64,000 nt of DNA from Candidatus Moraniibacteriota bacterium (GCA_963778555.1 CAVZUR010000005.1:161756-225755); one strand, 5' to 3'. Counted from the first letter of the stretch, positions 31,210 through 42,833 are shown. Translations and numbers: made by a program. Notes: generated from the sequence alone by a model not told the origin.

Positions 31210-32235
31210 ATGAAACATGCAATAGACGTTAGTGATTTGCGGCAGGTCATTCTTGATACCCCGGAACAGTTTTCTGCCGGTTTTGAGCTTGCTCAGGATA
31301 CTCATGTAACAGGAGTATTTGACACCCTGATGTTTTCCGGCATGGGTGGATCGGCGTTGCCGGCTGATTTGCTCCGGACCTATCTCGACGATATTCTCGA
31401 CCGGTACCCGGATATCAAGCCGATTCGCATCATCCAGAATCGCGGCTATGGTTTGCCCAAGCGGCGCTCGGAGCGGACACTGCATTTCGTCTGCTCGTAT
31501 TCTGGCAACACCGAAGAGACGTTGGAGACGCTCGAAGCGCTGATCAAGAATGGCGAACCAATCATCGGAGTTTCGGCTGGAGGAAAAGTTGAAGCGCTCT
31601 GTCAGGCGCGGGGTATTCCGTATATCAAGCTCCCCATCCCGAACCCGACATTCCAGCCGCGCATGGGAACGGGCTATTTTCTCGGCGCTTTTCTCCAGGT
31701 GCTTCTGAATCTGGGACTGATTCCGGATATCCGCGACGAGGTCGTTTCGGCAGCTCAACGGTATAGTGAAAAAAGGCTTGCTATTGAGGAAAAGGGCAAG
31801 CAATTGGCGGCTCGGCTTGCCAAAACAACGCCGATAGTATATAGTGGGGAATCCTACAAATCAGTCGCTCTGGTCTGGAAGATCAAGCTCAATGAGAACG
31901 CCAAGACACCCGCTTTCTGGAATGTCTTCCCGGAGCTCAATCACAATGAGATGGTCGGCTGGACATTGCCGCAGGGAAAGTTCAGCGCTCTGTTTCTCAG
32001 GGATCCAGCGGATCATCCGCGTGTCCTGAAGCGTTTCGGCATCACGGCTGAATTACTCCGGGAGAAGGGTATCACTGTCGAGACGATTGATTTGGAAGGT
32101 GAGACGGTATTTGAAAAACTGTTCTCTACAGTGATGCTCGGTGACTTTACCTCGTATTATCTCGCACTTGAGTACGGCCAGGATCCGACTCCGGTGGATA
32201 TGGTCGAACAGCTGAAAAAGCTCCTGGTTGCGTGA
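31210..32235 (+). CDS. bifunctional phosphoglucose/phosphomannose isomerase (SIS domain)
   Basis: MFSGMGGSALPADLL..., HFVCSYSGNTEETL and GVSAGGKV are PGI/PMI family motifs. Confidence 0.8.
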   Translation: MKHAIDVSDLRQVILDTPEQFSAGFELAQDTHVTGVFDTLMFSGMGGSALPADLLRTYLDDILDRYPDIKPIRIIQNRGYGLPKRRSERTLHFVCSYSGNTEETLETLEALIKNGEPIIGVSAGGKVEALCQARGIPYIKLPIPNPTFQPRMGTGYFLGAFLQVLLNLGLIPDIRDEVVSAAQRYSEKRLAIEEKGKQLAARLAKTTPIVYSGESYKSVALVWKIKLNENAKTPAFWNVFPELNHNEMVGWTLPQGKFSALFLRDPADHPRVLKRFGITAELLREKGITVETIDLEGETVFEKLFSTVMLGDFTSYYLALEYGQDPTPVDMVEQLKKLLVA

Positions 32236-32251
32236 TTTCCACGATTGATAT

Positions 32252-33310
32252 ATGTATAGCGTCATACTGTGCGGCGGTTCCGGCACTCGACTCTGGCCGC
32301 TTTCCCGCAAGAATTTCCCCAAACAATTCCTGAAGCTCTACAGTGAGTACTCGCTCTTGCAGGAAACGTATCTTCGGATGCGCAAGCTCATGCCGATGGA
32401 TCAGATTTTCTTCATGACGAATCAGGAGGGCTACGCGCATGTTCTCGAGCAGATTCACGAGATTGACCACGATTTCGAGGTTGGCCAAGTGATCATCGAA
32501 CCGAAGAGCCTGAATACCGCACCAGCCATGGCCTGTGCCGTGAAGTATCTCACCGATGTCCGCAGAGTTGGATCCGCTGAGAAGATTCTGTTCTTGCCGT
32601 CGGATCACTACATCGGCAATGTGGAGGGCTATCTGGCAGTTCTCACGGAGGCCTACGCCAGCGTTGGCGACAGTATCGGCACGATCGGTATCCGGGCAGC
32701 GACACCTGAGACAGGCTACGGCTATATCAAGAAAGGCGAGGCCAGAAACGGCTCCTTTCGGGTGTCAGAGTTCTGCGAGAAACCAGCGCGTGCAATCGCT
32801 GAAGAGTATGTCCGTTCCGGGGACTATGTCTGGAATTCGGGCATGTACCTGATGAGCATCGGAACCTTTCTCCGCGAGACACAAGCACACGCGCCAGCCA
32901 TTGCCGCGTCGCTCGCGGCATCCTGGGGAACATTCGCCGAACATTTCGATGAGCTGCCATCAATTTCGTTCGACTACGCCGTGTCTGAGAAGTCGGACCA
33001 GGTAGTGGTCTATGAGGGAGACTTTGGTTGGAGCGATATCGGATCTTTCGATAGCCTGGCTGAGATTTCAGGCGGAACACAGCCCGGTATGCGTCATATT
33101 GGCATCGATTCGAAGCGTGTCTTCGTCCACAGCGCCAATGACCGTCTGATTGCCACAATCGGCATCGAAGATCTCGCTATCGTCGAAACGGGAGATTGCA
33201 TCCTGGTGTATCGTCGGGGAAGAGCGGAGGAAGTCAAGAAAATTGTCGAAAAACTCAAAGCAAGTGGCGCTAAAGAAATCGAATATGACTTCGACGAAGA
33301 AAAGAATTAG
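32252..33310 (+). CDS. manC: mannose-1-phosphate guanylyltransferase
   Basis: It has the N-terminal NTP-transferase motif ILCGGSGTRLWPLSRKNFPKQF and the LPSDHYI and GYGYIKKG regions. Confidence 0.85.
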   Translation: MYSVILCGGSGTRLWPLSRKNFPKQFLKLYSEYSLLQETYLRMRKLMPMDQIFFMTNQEGYAHVLEQIHEIDHDFEVGQVIIEPKSLNTAPAMACAVKYLTDVRRVGSAEKILFLPSDHYIGNVEGYLAVLTEAYASVGDSIGTIGIRAATPETGYGYIKKGEARNGSFRVSEFCEKPARAIAEEYVRSGDYVWNSGMYLMSIGTFLRETQAHAPAIAASLAASWGTFAEHFDELPSISFDYAVSEKSDQVVVYEGDFGWSDIGSFDSLAEISGGTQPGMRHIGIDSKRVFVHSANDRLIATIGIEDLAIVETGDCILVYRRGRAEEVKKIVEKLKASGAKEIEYDFDEEKN

Positions 33311-33411
33311 TCGGTAAGCCCGACGCGGGGCAGGTTGAAGGATCACGTGATTCATGCTACAGTGAATCGGATTGTGACACTTCAACCGGCGAATCGAGAG
33401 CATCGGTATCA

Positions 33412-33495
33412 GCCGAGATGGCGGAATTGGTAGACGCACTAGCTTCAGGTGCTAGCGCTCGCAAGAGCATGGAGGTTCGAGTCCTCTTCTCGGCA
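33412..33495 (+). tRNA. tRNA-Leu (anticodon CAG), type II
   Basis: The sequence is GCCGAGA-TG-GCGGAATTGGTAGACGC-ACTAGC-TTCAGGT-GCTAGC-GCTCGCAAGAGCAT-GGAGG-TTCGAGT-CCTCT-TCTCGGC-A. Confidence 0.85.
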
Positions 33496-33614
33496 CAGAA
33501 AAGGGTTTCTCTCGCTCACGCCAGAGAACCAAAACTTTCAGAGAGTTTTTGCCCGCTTCGAAGGCAGATACACTTTTCAGTAATTTATTATCCTTTTAAT
33601 TTTGGCAGCTTCAG

Positions 33615-35690
33615 ATGGAACATCCATCGAATGCTGCCTCCTCATGCAGTATGCAAGAGAACAACCATGACAAGCCAGCTGGCTTGTCGAATGGGACAGC
33701 GCCTATCGGCGCGTACGAGGGCATCGTGGCTCAACGCCAGAATCCCCGTCGTCCCAAGCAGCAGCAGAAAAAATTCGCGCGTCCCGCCGGACCGCGGCCG
33801 GTACGTACAGGTTCCACCTCGGTACCGGGAACGTCAGCCGCGCCCAAGCCGGAACAACATTCCTCGGGCAATCGTCCGACGGGTGGTAAAGGCCGTCCGC
33901 AAGGCGGGAGCGGCAAGCGTGGCGGCAAGCGCGGCTTTGGCACGCAGCCGATCATTCGGAACGTCCACGCGCGGAAAGACGGTGCAGCGGACGTGCCGGC
34001 GATTGAAGCTGGAAAACTCCGCATCATCCCGATCGGCGGTCAAGAAGAAGTCGGCCGTAACATGACTGTGTTCGAGTACGGCGAAGACATCATTATCATC
34101 GACATGGGACTCCAATTCCCCGAAGAAGACATGCCCGGCATCGACTATATCGTGCCGAATGTCTCCTATCTTCGTGGCAAGGAGAAGAATATCCGTGGCG
34201 TGCTCTTCACTCACGGCCATCTCGACCATATCGGCGCCGCGCCGATTCTCCTGAAACAGCTGAATTATCCGACCATCATCGGCCGGGATTTCACGCTCGC
34301 CTTGATCCAGCGCAAGTGCGAGGACGAGGAGAAGGGTTCGGCCAAGAAGCTGAAAGCCATCCGGGTGAAGTCCTTGGCGGATCGCATCAAACTCGGCGTT
34401 TTCGAGATCCGCTTCTTCGAAGTGGAGCATTCGATCATGGATGCCATGGGTATCGCCATTGTCACGCCGAACGGTTCCATTATCCACATGGGGGACTGGA
34501 CCATCACGAACGATCCGATGGATCCGGCACACACAGAGGTCAAATACAATCATCTCGAAGAACTCCCGCAGCCGACTTTTCTCATGCTCGAAAGCCTCGG
34601 CGCGCTGAAGAAGGGACTACCGCCGTCAGAAACGGAAGTCCATACCAATCTCCAGAATCTGATCAAGAGCGCCCCGGGCCGCATCATCATCGGTACCTTC
34701 GCGTCCCAGATCCGTCGCGTCGCCTACCTCATCGAGTACGCTGAACGGCAGGGGAAGCGCGTCGCCTTGGAGGGCTATAGCATGAAGGTGAATATCGAAG
34801 TCGCCCAGGAGCTCGGCTACCTCAAGGTGAAGAAAGAGACTCTCATCCCGGTTCAGGACATCCACAAGGTGCCGAATAATCAAATCGTCGTCATCTGTAC
34901 TGGTGCGCAGGGCGAGCAGAATGCGGCCTTGTCGCGTATCGTCACGGATAATCACCGCTTCATCAAGCTGGAGAAGTCCGACACGATTGTGTTCTCTTCC
35001 TCGGTTATCCCGGGCAATGAACGCTCGATTCAGCGGCTCAAGGACAATCTGTACCGCAAGTGCGACAATGTCGTCCACTCCGACATCATGGAGATCCATA
35101 TCGGCGGCCACGGCACGATCTGGGAGATTGAAGAAATTCTTCGCCAGGTGAAAGCGACCTATGTCCTGCCGGTCTACGCGAACCACTACTTCCTGAAGGA
35201 AGCGGCTCGGATCGCGTTCCGTCTCGGCTATCCCGAAAAGAACGTCTTTGTCCTCGACAATGGCGGCGTCCTCGAAGTCCCGAAACCGGATGATGGCATG
35301 CCGAGCATCCGCAAGGAGAAAGCCGATGCGAGCTATGTCTTCGTCGACGGGCTCGGGGTCGGTGATATCGGCCATGTCGTGCTCCGCGATCGCCAGATGC
35401 TCGCCCAGGACGGCATGCTTGCGGTGACGGTTGTCATCGACTCTCGGTCCAAAAAGGTGCTGGGCAATATCCAGATCACGTCGCGCGGGTTTATTCATGT
35501 GAAAGAGAACTTTGACCTGGTGAATGAGGCCAAGCGCAAAGTCCAGGAGATCATCAAGAAGAACACCTCGAAGGACACCTCGCTTGATTGGGAACTGGTC
35601 CGGAACCAGATCCGCGAGCAGATCGGCCAATTCCTCTTCCAGAAGACTGAGCGCCGCCCGATGGTGCTGCCGGTTGTGGTGGAAGTCTAA
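33615..35690 (+). CDS. rnj: ribonuclease J (metallo-beta-lactamase / beta-CASP) with a ~130-aa basic low-complexity N-terminal extension
   Basis: From KLRIIPIGGQEEVGRNMTVFEYGEDIIIIDMG...HGHLDHIGAAP... onward it is canonical RNase J. The N-terminal ~130 aa are R/G/P/Q-rich, so the true start could be an internal Met. Confidence 0.85.
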   Translation: MEHPSNAASSCSMQENNHDKPAGLSNGTAPIGAYEGIVAQRQNPRRPKQQQKKFARPAGPRPVRTGSTSVPGTSAAPKPEQHSSGNRPTGGKGRPQGGSGKRGGKRGFGTQPIIRNVHARKDGAADVPAIEAGKLRIIPIGGQEEVGRNMTVFEYGEDIIIIDMGLQFPEEDMPGIDYIVPNVSYLRGKEKNIRGVLFTHGHLDHIGAAPILLKQLNYPTIIGRDFTLALIQRKCEDEEKGSAKKLKAIRVKSLADRIKLGVFEIRFFEVEHSIMDAMGIAIVTPNGSIIHMGDWTITNDPMDPAHTEVKYNHLEELPQPTFLMLESLGALKKGLPPSETEVHTNLQNLIKSAPGRIIIGTFASQIRRVAYLIEYAERQGKRVALEGYSMKVNIEVAQELGYLKVKKETLIPVQDIHKVPNNQIVVICTGAQGEQNAALSRIVTDNHRFIKLEKSDTIVFSSSVIPGNERSIQRLKDNLYRKCDNVVHSDIMEIHIGGHGTIWEIEEILRQVKATYVLPVYANHYFLKEAARIAFRLGYPEKNVFVLDNGGVLEVPKPDDGMPSIRKEKADASYVFVDGLGVGDIGHVVLRDRQMLAQDGMLAVTVVIDSRSKKVLGNIQITSRGFIHVKENFDLVNEAKRKVQEIIKKNTSKDTSLDWELVRNQIREQIGQFLFQKTERRPMVLPVVVEV

Positions 35691-35743
35691 TATTGATCCG
35701 AATAACAAAAACCCCCGATTCATGGGGGTTTTCCGTATGCTAA

Positions 35744-36886
<1,143 letters not shown>

Positions 36887-37056
36887 AATAAGACTATCTT
36901 CGAGGTACAAAGGGTGAGCGCGACGAACAGCAAGGTGTTCTTTGGTGGCAGGTGTGCGAGGCTCTACGTTTGGTAGAGATGGCCAGCTCGCTGTCTCCCA
37001 AGCCCCGGCGTGGGTGAAGCCTGGGAGCCTGCCGCCACAAGGACGTCTTGCCAAAA

Positions 37057-37095
37057 AAAGACCCGCTGTCCCAATTGGGGAGGCGGGTTTTCTCA
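37057..37095. terminator. bidirectional hairpin terminator between trpS (+) and a small minus-strand ORF
   Basis: gacccgctgtcccaattggggaggcgggttttctc gives an acccgc/gcgggt stem with U-tracts on both strands. Confidence 0.45.
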
Positions 37096-37308
37096 TTCAA
37101 CGGCGGGCGCATAGTCGATCCTGAAAGAGAGACGGCAGCTTCCGTCGCAGACGAAGTCTTGTCCGGGATTGTGCATTTTCCATGCTCGCGCCGCGAGCGC
37201 ACTATGCTGGCACTGAGAGCGTAGCGATTTCGCCGTTTCGGGGTTCTTTTCGCTCGCAGTCATATGGCGGGAAGCGGTGGCAAAGACGCTTTGAGGACTG
37301 AGTTCCAT
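37093..37308 (-). CDS. small hypothetical protein (71 aa) with a good RBS
   Basis: AAGGAG lies 8 nt upstream of the ATG on the minus strand. A terminator hairpin follows the stop. I recognise no homology. Confidence 0.35.
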   Translation of the reverse strand: MELSPQSVFATASRHMTASEKNPETAKSLRSQCQHSALAARAWKMHNPGQDFVCDGSCRLSFRIDYAPAVE

Positions 37309-37538
37309 GTGAGTGACTCCTTGGGTTGGGAATGAACGATTCTGAGCAAGAAAAAAGCCGCCCCGTAGGACGGCTAGACCGCGAGAGTCTCAAGTATGCA
37401 CTTGTTTTTCGTGTGGCTCATTGTTTGAAAGTATACTCTCGCCCTGAAAAGTCTGTCAACCCTGCTCGAAGTAGTGTGCGGAGGCTTGCTCGGGAAAATT
37501 TTTTTCGGATGCGTGACGTAACTTCTAACGGCGTCAAA

Positions 37539-39003
37539 TCAGCCACGGATGATGGCCAGGAGCGCGTCACGTTTTTCTCGCATGAGTGCCTCGGTACTCG
37601 CTTCGCAATTGAGGCGTAGCAGCGGTTCAGTGTTGGACGGGCGGACATTGAACCACCAATCGGGGTATTCGACTTTGAGGCCGTCGAGCTCATGCATTTT
37701 TCCATCAGCGTACTGCTCGCGGAGCTTCGTCGAGTACAGCGTCTTTGTCCTCGACCTCGGAATTGATCTCGCCCGAGTGCGCATAGCGGCGCATCTCCTG
37801 GACCAGTTCGGAGAGCGGTTTGCCGGTCTCGGCCATCAGGTTCAACAGATGGATGGCGACCAAGGTCGAGGCTTCGGCGTAGGAATTCTCGATGAAGTAG
37901 TAGTGGCCTGAGAACTCGCCGGCGAAAATCGCTCCGTCATCGCGCATCTGGCGCTTGATGAAGGCGTGACCGACGCGACATTCGATGGCTCGCCCCCCCT
38001 TCTCCTCGATCGCTTCTTTCACCGCGCGCGAAGAACGCAGATCATAGAGGATCGTGGCCCCAGGGTTCTTCTCAAGAACGATCTGCGCTACCAGGCCCGT
38101 GATGAGGTCCATGGGGATGACGCGCCCCGTTTCATCGACAAATCCGATACGATCCGCGTCACCGTCATAGGCGATGCCCATATCGGCATTCTTTTCTTTG
38201 ACGAATTCGCAGAGCTCGTCGAGGGTCTCGGTCTTGAGTGGATTCGCTTCATGCGCGGAGAACGGCTGGGAGAGGTCGTTGTAGAGATTGTGGACGGTGA
38301 GATTATCCTTGAACGCATCGTAGATCGGGAGTTCGACGACGCCCATCGCATTAGCGGTATCGATAGCGAGGGTGAAGCGGCGGTCACCCAACTTACCGAA
38401 CGACGCAAAAAAAGAGTAATACGCCGGACGGATGTCCTCCTCCGTCAGACTGCCGTGCGTGGCTGAGTCCGGGAACACTCCGGCCATGACGAGGTCGCGG
38501 ATGTCTGAAAGACCGGTTTTCTCACCAACCGGAATAGCGCCCTTCAGGTCGACTTTGACGCCATTGTACTGTGGGGGATTGTGCGATGCGGTGATGGCGA
38601 CCGCGAGGTCGACTTCGAGCCGGCCGGCCGCGAAATGTACCATCGGAGTCGTCACGATACCGAGATCGACGATATCACCGCCTTGGTCCATGACACCCCG
38701 GGTGAAGGCTTCGAAGAGAGCGGGGGAGGAGGCGCGTACATCGCGTCCAACGGCGATTTTTTTAGCTTGGAAATGAACGATGAGCGCACGACCAATCCCA
38801 TAGGCCGTGTCTTCATCGAGTTCTGGACCATAGAGCCCACGGATATCATAGGCCTTGAAAATCTTCGGATCAGTCATAGGTAACGATATGATTAATACCT
38901 TGAGTGTGGCAATTTTCAGCGCTTTCAGCAAGTCAGGAAAAGCCGGCTCGTCGAGGGTTGACAAAGCGTGGAATACGGTGCTATATTTCAGCGTTGCCGT
39001 CAA
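37539..39003 (-). CDS. phosphoglucomutase/phosphomannomutase (alpha-D-phosphohexomutase family), with a frameshift near 37720-37780
   Basis: The track ORF 37705..39003 carries FKAYDIRGLYG... and the active-site loop SHNPPQYNGVK. The last ~55 aa (...HELDGLKVEYPDWWFNVRPSNTEPLLRLNCEASTEALM...) are in another frame (track ORF 37539..37784). Confidence 0.75.
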
Positions 39004-39069
39004 GGCTACGAGAAATCGCCTTGATTGGTGATACGTGGCCCTTTTACAACTTCCGTGGAGATTCCTACT

Positions 39070-40206
39070 ATGAGACGGCTCATTCCTCGTTTCGTTTTTC
39101 CGGCCATTGTGGCCACACTTGTCGCTTGCGGCGGGGGAGGAAGCGATCCTCAGCCTATCCCGTCGACCGTCGCCGAACCATCAACCTCATCGGAGGTGAA
39201 TGATCCCAGCGAGCGGGCGCGGATCTTGGCCGTTTCGGCGGTTCCCACCGTGCCGGTGACGGGCGTCGCACTGACGGCGTTGCCCATTGTTTCGGCCGGG
39301 GAAATCATCATCGACGGCGGCCAGCAATTCGTGACCTTCATGAAGACGGCGGCTGGCCAGTACTATGGTGTTTCGGACGCCCTGGGCACCTATCTCGTCG
39401 ACCCGGCAGATGTGAAGCAGATTTGCGTCAATTCGAGCCAGATTGGCTGGAATGTACCGGGATTCACTTCCCGGTCATGTTCGCCCCTCGATGCGAACGG
39501 CTTTGCAACGCTGCCCCGCACCTGTAACAAGGACCTGGTGGCCTACAACCTGGATACGTTTTCGGGTAAGAAGCTCTGGTTCGACCATGTGTCCGAGCGT
39601 AAGTTCGTCCGCAAAGGCATCGCGTCGACTGTGCAGCCGAACGGCCTGATCGCCTATGGCGGCTATGTGCCAGCGACGGTGAGTCTGAAAGCCGGCACGG
39701 CAGCCGGCACGGCTGATCTGACCTACAGTTGGAACAACAACTGCATGGGCGGTTTCGGTAAGGCCGGGAAACTGACCGACCTGAATCCCAACCTCGATCC
39801 GGCCGATCCAGACTTCCGTTATATCGCGTTCCTGTGGAATTCGAACAAGGTCGGCTGGGGCATGGTGCCCATCGGGAATCGGGTGCCCTCGTCCAAGCTC
39901 GCCTTCGCGTCATTCGATGCAGCGACCAATGGCTACTCCGTCACCTGGACGGGTCTCGCCTGCAATGATCGCGGCAATATAACGGTCTACAAGGGGACGG
40001 GTCCGGCCAATGCGGTGGTCTACGATCCCGGCAAGGATGCGACCAATGTCGTCGATGGTTTCGGCGAAGGCTGGGGCATCGTCCAGAAAGCTACCGATCT
40101 GTTCCAGTTCTGGTCTATCGCACCCGGCCTGCCGACCGGGGTCAGCCTCACCTTCGATCGGGTGAAGTTCCAGACTGTCTGGACCATCGCCGGCTGCACC
40201 ACTTAA
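39070..40206 (+). CDS. predicted lipoprotein of unknown function, paralog 1 (conserved ATLPRTCN, FWSIAPGLP, GLACNDxGNITVY, C-terminal WTIAGCTT)
   Basis: The signal peptide with lipobox is MRRLIPRFVFPAIVATLVACGGGGS. It is about 40% identical in blocks to the next ORF. Confidence 0.6.
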   Translation: MRRLIPRFVFPAIVATLVACGGGGSDPQPIPSTVAEPSTSSEVNDPSERARILAVSAVPTVPVTGVALTALPIVSAGEIIIDGGQQFVTFMKTAAGQYYGVSDALGTYLVDPADVKQICVNSSQIGWNVPGFTSRSCSPLDANGFATLPRTCNKDLVAYNLDTFSGKKLWFDHVSERKFVRKGIASTVQPNGLIAYGGYVPATVSLKAGTAAGTADLTYSWNNNCMGGFGKAGKLTDLNPNLDPADPDFRYIAFLWNSNKVGWGMVPIGNRVPSSKLAFASFDAATNGYSVTWTGLACNDRGNITVYKGTGPANAVVYDPGKDATNVVDGFGEGWGIVQKATDLFQFWSIAPGLPTGVSLTFDRVKFQTVWTIAGCTT

Positions 40207-40393
40207 CAGTCAGTTCTTTATCCTCTCGCGCCTCGCTTGTCTTTTTGACTCGCGGGGCGTTTTCTTTACTGAGGGAGTGTTGACAGTGTTACTGTACAAC
40301 GTAAACTATTCTCGTATTGCCACCAAGGCTACTTTTTCTGTCGTCTTGAGCTGGTGATCCATGGTTCTTTTACAACTTTCGTGGAGATTTCAC

Positions 40394-41611
40394 ATGCGAC
40401 TGATATATTGGTTATTTTTCTCGCTTGGTACTGCCGTGTTCGTCGCTTGTGGCGGGAGTAGCGGAGACGCCGATCCATCATCCCCGAATGCAGCCGATAA
40501 TCCCCCCACAACCTCCGCTGACATGAGTGTGCCGGATCATCGCGTTACGATTCAGGCGGCGGCGATTGCAGCAACCACTCCGGTGACGGGTGTGAGTCTG
40601 CCGCAGACTCCGGGCGGCGAAATCTTCCTCAATCCATTTGAACAGTTCTGGACATTCTTCCCGACATCGGATGGGAGGTATTTCGGACTTTCAAGGCCAG
40701 GGGCAACACTCCTGGTTGCACCTACATCGGTCAAGGCGGCCTGTTTTTTCAGTCATCGCGTTGGCTGGGGTGTGAATGGTGGTGTTTCACGCGCCTGTGG
40801 ACCAATCGTCGATCATTTCGCGACATTGCCGAGGACTTGCAATAACGATACGGGCACCTATGCGGTAATCCTGAAAGGAGCGCTCAAGCCAGGAAAGACG
40901 GGCATCGATTGGCAGGACTGGCATGACGGTGAAGTGCTGTGGGCTGACTTCGTGTCTGAGCGACAGCACCAGTTTGCTATTAACCCTGCCTTTCCGCTTG
41001 AGGCCAAACGCATTACCAGTGGTCTGAAATCCGGGCTTATCGAGTATGGCAAACCGGGCGTCGGATATCGGCCGGCAACGGTACGCGCTGAAGCGCGTGG
41101 AGTTCTCACGCTTGATTTCGGGAGCAATTGCACCGGTGGCTTTGGTCTGGATGGAAAATTGACGAACATCGACCCGACGGTACCGGATGTGGTCTACAAG
41201 TTTGTCTGGAATTCACCCAAGGCGAATGCTGCTGGGTCGCATGGCTGGGGCATCATCGAGGTCCGGGATGCTAGTGGGAGAGTAATCCGCCGTCCATCCG
41301 TCAAGGAAGCCTTCCTGACTTTCAATCCGGTCACAGAAAGCTGGGAAGTGAGGTTCGAGGGTCTGGCCTGCAATGATTTCGGCAACATCACCGTGTACCG
41401 GGGAGCGAACCTGGCGGGTAATGTGATCTGGGATCCGGGTATTGACGCTCGCGGCCAAGTTGGCTTCGGAGCCGGTTGGTTCGTCATTGAGAGCACGATT
41501 GATTCCTATCATTTCTGGTCGATTGCGCCAGGATTGCCGATGGCCATGAATCTTTTCATCAATCGATTTAGTTCCCAGCTCTTCTGGACAACTCCTGGCT
41601 GTACGACCTGA
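40394..41611 (+). CDS. predicted lipoprotein of unknown function, paralog 2
   Basis: The signal peptide with lipobox is MRLIYWLFFSLGTAVFVACGGSSG. It shares conserved blocks with 39070..40206, and its 5' UTR is conserved with that of paralog 1 (cttttacaacttYcgtggagattYc). Confidence 0.6.
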   Translation: MRLIYWLFFSLGTAVFVACGGSSGDADPSSPNAADNPPTTSADMSVPDHRVTIQAAAIAATTPVTGVSLPQTPGGEIFLNPFEQFWTFFPTSDGRYFGLSRPGATLLVAPTSVKAACFFSHRVGWGVNGGVSRACGPIVDHFATLPRTCNNDTGTYAVILKGALKPGKTGIDWQDWHDGEVLWADFVSERQHQFAINPAFPLEAKRITSGLKSGLIEYGKPGVGYRPATVRAEARGVLTLDFGSNCTGGFGLDGKLTNIDPTVPDVVYKFVWNSPKANAAGSHGWGIIEVRDASGRVIRRPSVKEAFLTFNPVTESWEVRFEGLACNDFGNITVYRGANLAGNVIWDPGIDARGQVGFGAGWFVIESTIDSYHFWSIAPGLPMAMNLFINRFSSQLFWTTPGCTT

Positions 41612-41736
41612 TCACTCACGGTTCAGGAGCAGTTCTGAGCGTCTCGTGTAGCATATGCACTGAGGCGCTTTTTCTTTACCTTTTGACTATTCTTCGGTAA
41701 GCTCTGGAGAGTCCCGCATCACTTTTTATCCAGCCT

Positions 41737-42789
41737 ATGTCGCTCAAAGTCGGTATCGTCGGCCTGCCGAATGTGGGGAAATCCACGCTCTTCAAAGCGC
41801 TCACCAGGAAAGCCGTAGACATCAGCAATTACCCGTTTTGCACGATCGAGCCGAATATTGGTATCGTGGAAGTTCCTGATGAGCGACTGGCTACATTGGC
41901 CGCTTTTTCGCGCAGCCAGAAAACCGTGCCGGCCGTCATCGAGTTTGTGGACATCGCCGGCCTGGTAAAGGGTGCCTCGCTCGGCGAAGGCTTGGGAAAT
42001 AAATTCCTCTCGCATATCCGGGAAGTCGATGCGATTGTCCAAGTCGTCCGGGTATTCCCAGGAGACAAGATTACGCACGTCCATAACAGCATCGATCCTG
42101 TTCGCGATATTGAGATTATCGAGACGGAACTTATCCTGGCTGATATGGAGACGGTTGCCAAGGTGGAGCAGCGGCTCGAGAAAGAAGCGCGCGGCCAGGC
42201 TAAAGAGGCGATTGCCAAGCTGCCGATTCTGAAAATACTCAAAGAAACTTTGGAAGCTGGAAAACTTGCCACGGTGGCGCCGATTGATCATTCGGCAGAT
42301 GCGGTGCGAACACTGCTCGCGGAACTTCAGCTCCTGACTATGAAACCGATCCTCTATGCCTACAATGTCGCGGATGTCCAAGCCGCGCTCGCGCCCGCAC
42401 TCGAATCCCGACCGCATGTGAAGCTCGATATAAAGATTGAGGAAGAGTTGATCGAGATGACGAAAGAGGAAGCGGCCGAGCTCGATATCCGCTCAAATCT
42501 GAACGCGCTCATTGTTCGCGCGTACGCGCTCCTCGGGCTGATGACGTACTTCACAACGGGCGAAGATGAGACGCGGGCATGGACTATTCGTATCGGATCG
42601 ACCGCGCCCCGGGCGGGGGCGGCGATTCATGGCGACTTCGAAGAAAAATTTATTCGAGCTGAAGTGATCACTGAGGAGAAATTGCTCGAGGCGGGGAGTT
42701 ATTCGGCGGCCCGGGACAAAGGCTGGGTCCGGCTGGAAGGGAAAGAGTATATCGTCCAGGATGGGGACGTCATTGTCTTCAAGGTCTAA
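41737..42789 (+). CDS. ychF: ribosome-binding ATPase YchF (Obg-family GTPase)
   Basis: It has a GLPNVGKSTLF P-loop, a DIAGLVKGAS G3 motif and a C-terminal TGS domain. Confidence 0.9.
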   Translation: MSLKVGIVGLPNVGKSTLFKALTRKAVDISNYPFCTIEPNIGIVEVPDERLATLAAFSRSQKTVPAVIEFVDIAGLVKGASLGEGLGNKFLSHIREVDAIVQVVRVFPGDKITHVHNSIDPVRDIEIIETELILADMETVAKVEQRLEKEARGQAKEAIAKLPILKILKETLEAGKLATVAPIDHSADAVRTLLAELQLLTMKPILYAYNVADVQAALAPALESRPHVKLDIKIEEELIEMTKEEAAELDIRSNLNALIVRAYALLGLMTYFTTGEDETRAWTIRIGSTAPRAGAAIHGDFEEKFIRAEVITEEKLLEAGSYSAARDKGWVRLEGKEYIVQDGDVIVFKV

Positions 42790-42833
42790 GTGCTATCACT
42801 GCCGTCGATGCATGGTTTCTGAGGAGGACGGCC

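Noticed and set aside
33418-34065. 215-aa plus-strand ORF starting inside tRNA-Leu
   Set aside because: It overlaps the tRNA and is out of frame with the rnj N-terminal region. It is Arg/Ser-rich low complexity and looks like a GC-rich artefact.
39025-39069. longer N-terminus of lipoprotein paralog 1 from the track start (and 40361-40393 for paralog 2)
   Set aside because: The lipoprotein signal peptides begin at the internal Met (MRRLIPRF... / MRLIYWLFF...). The extra residues are encoded by the conserved leader that contains the RBS.
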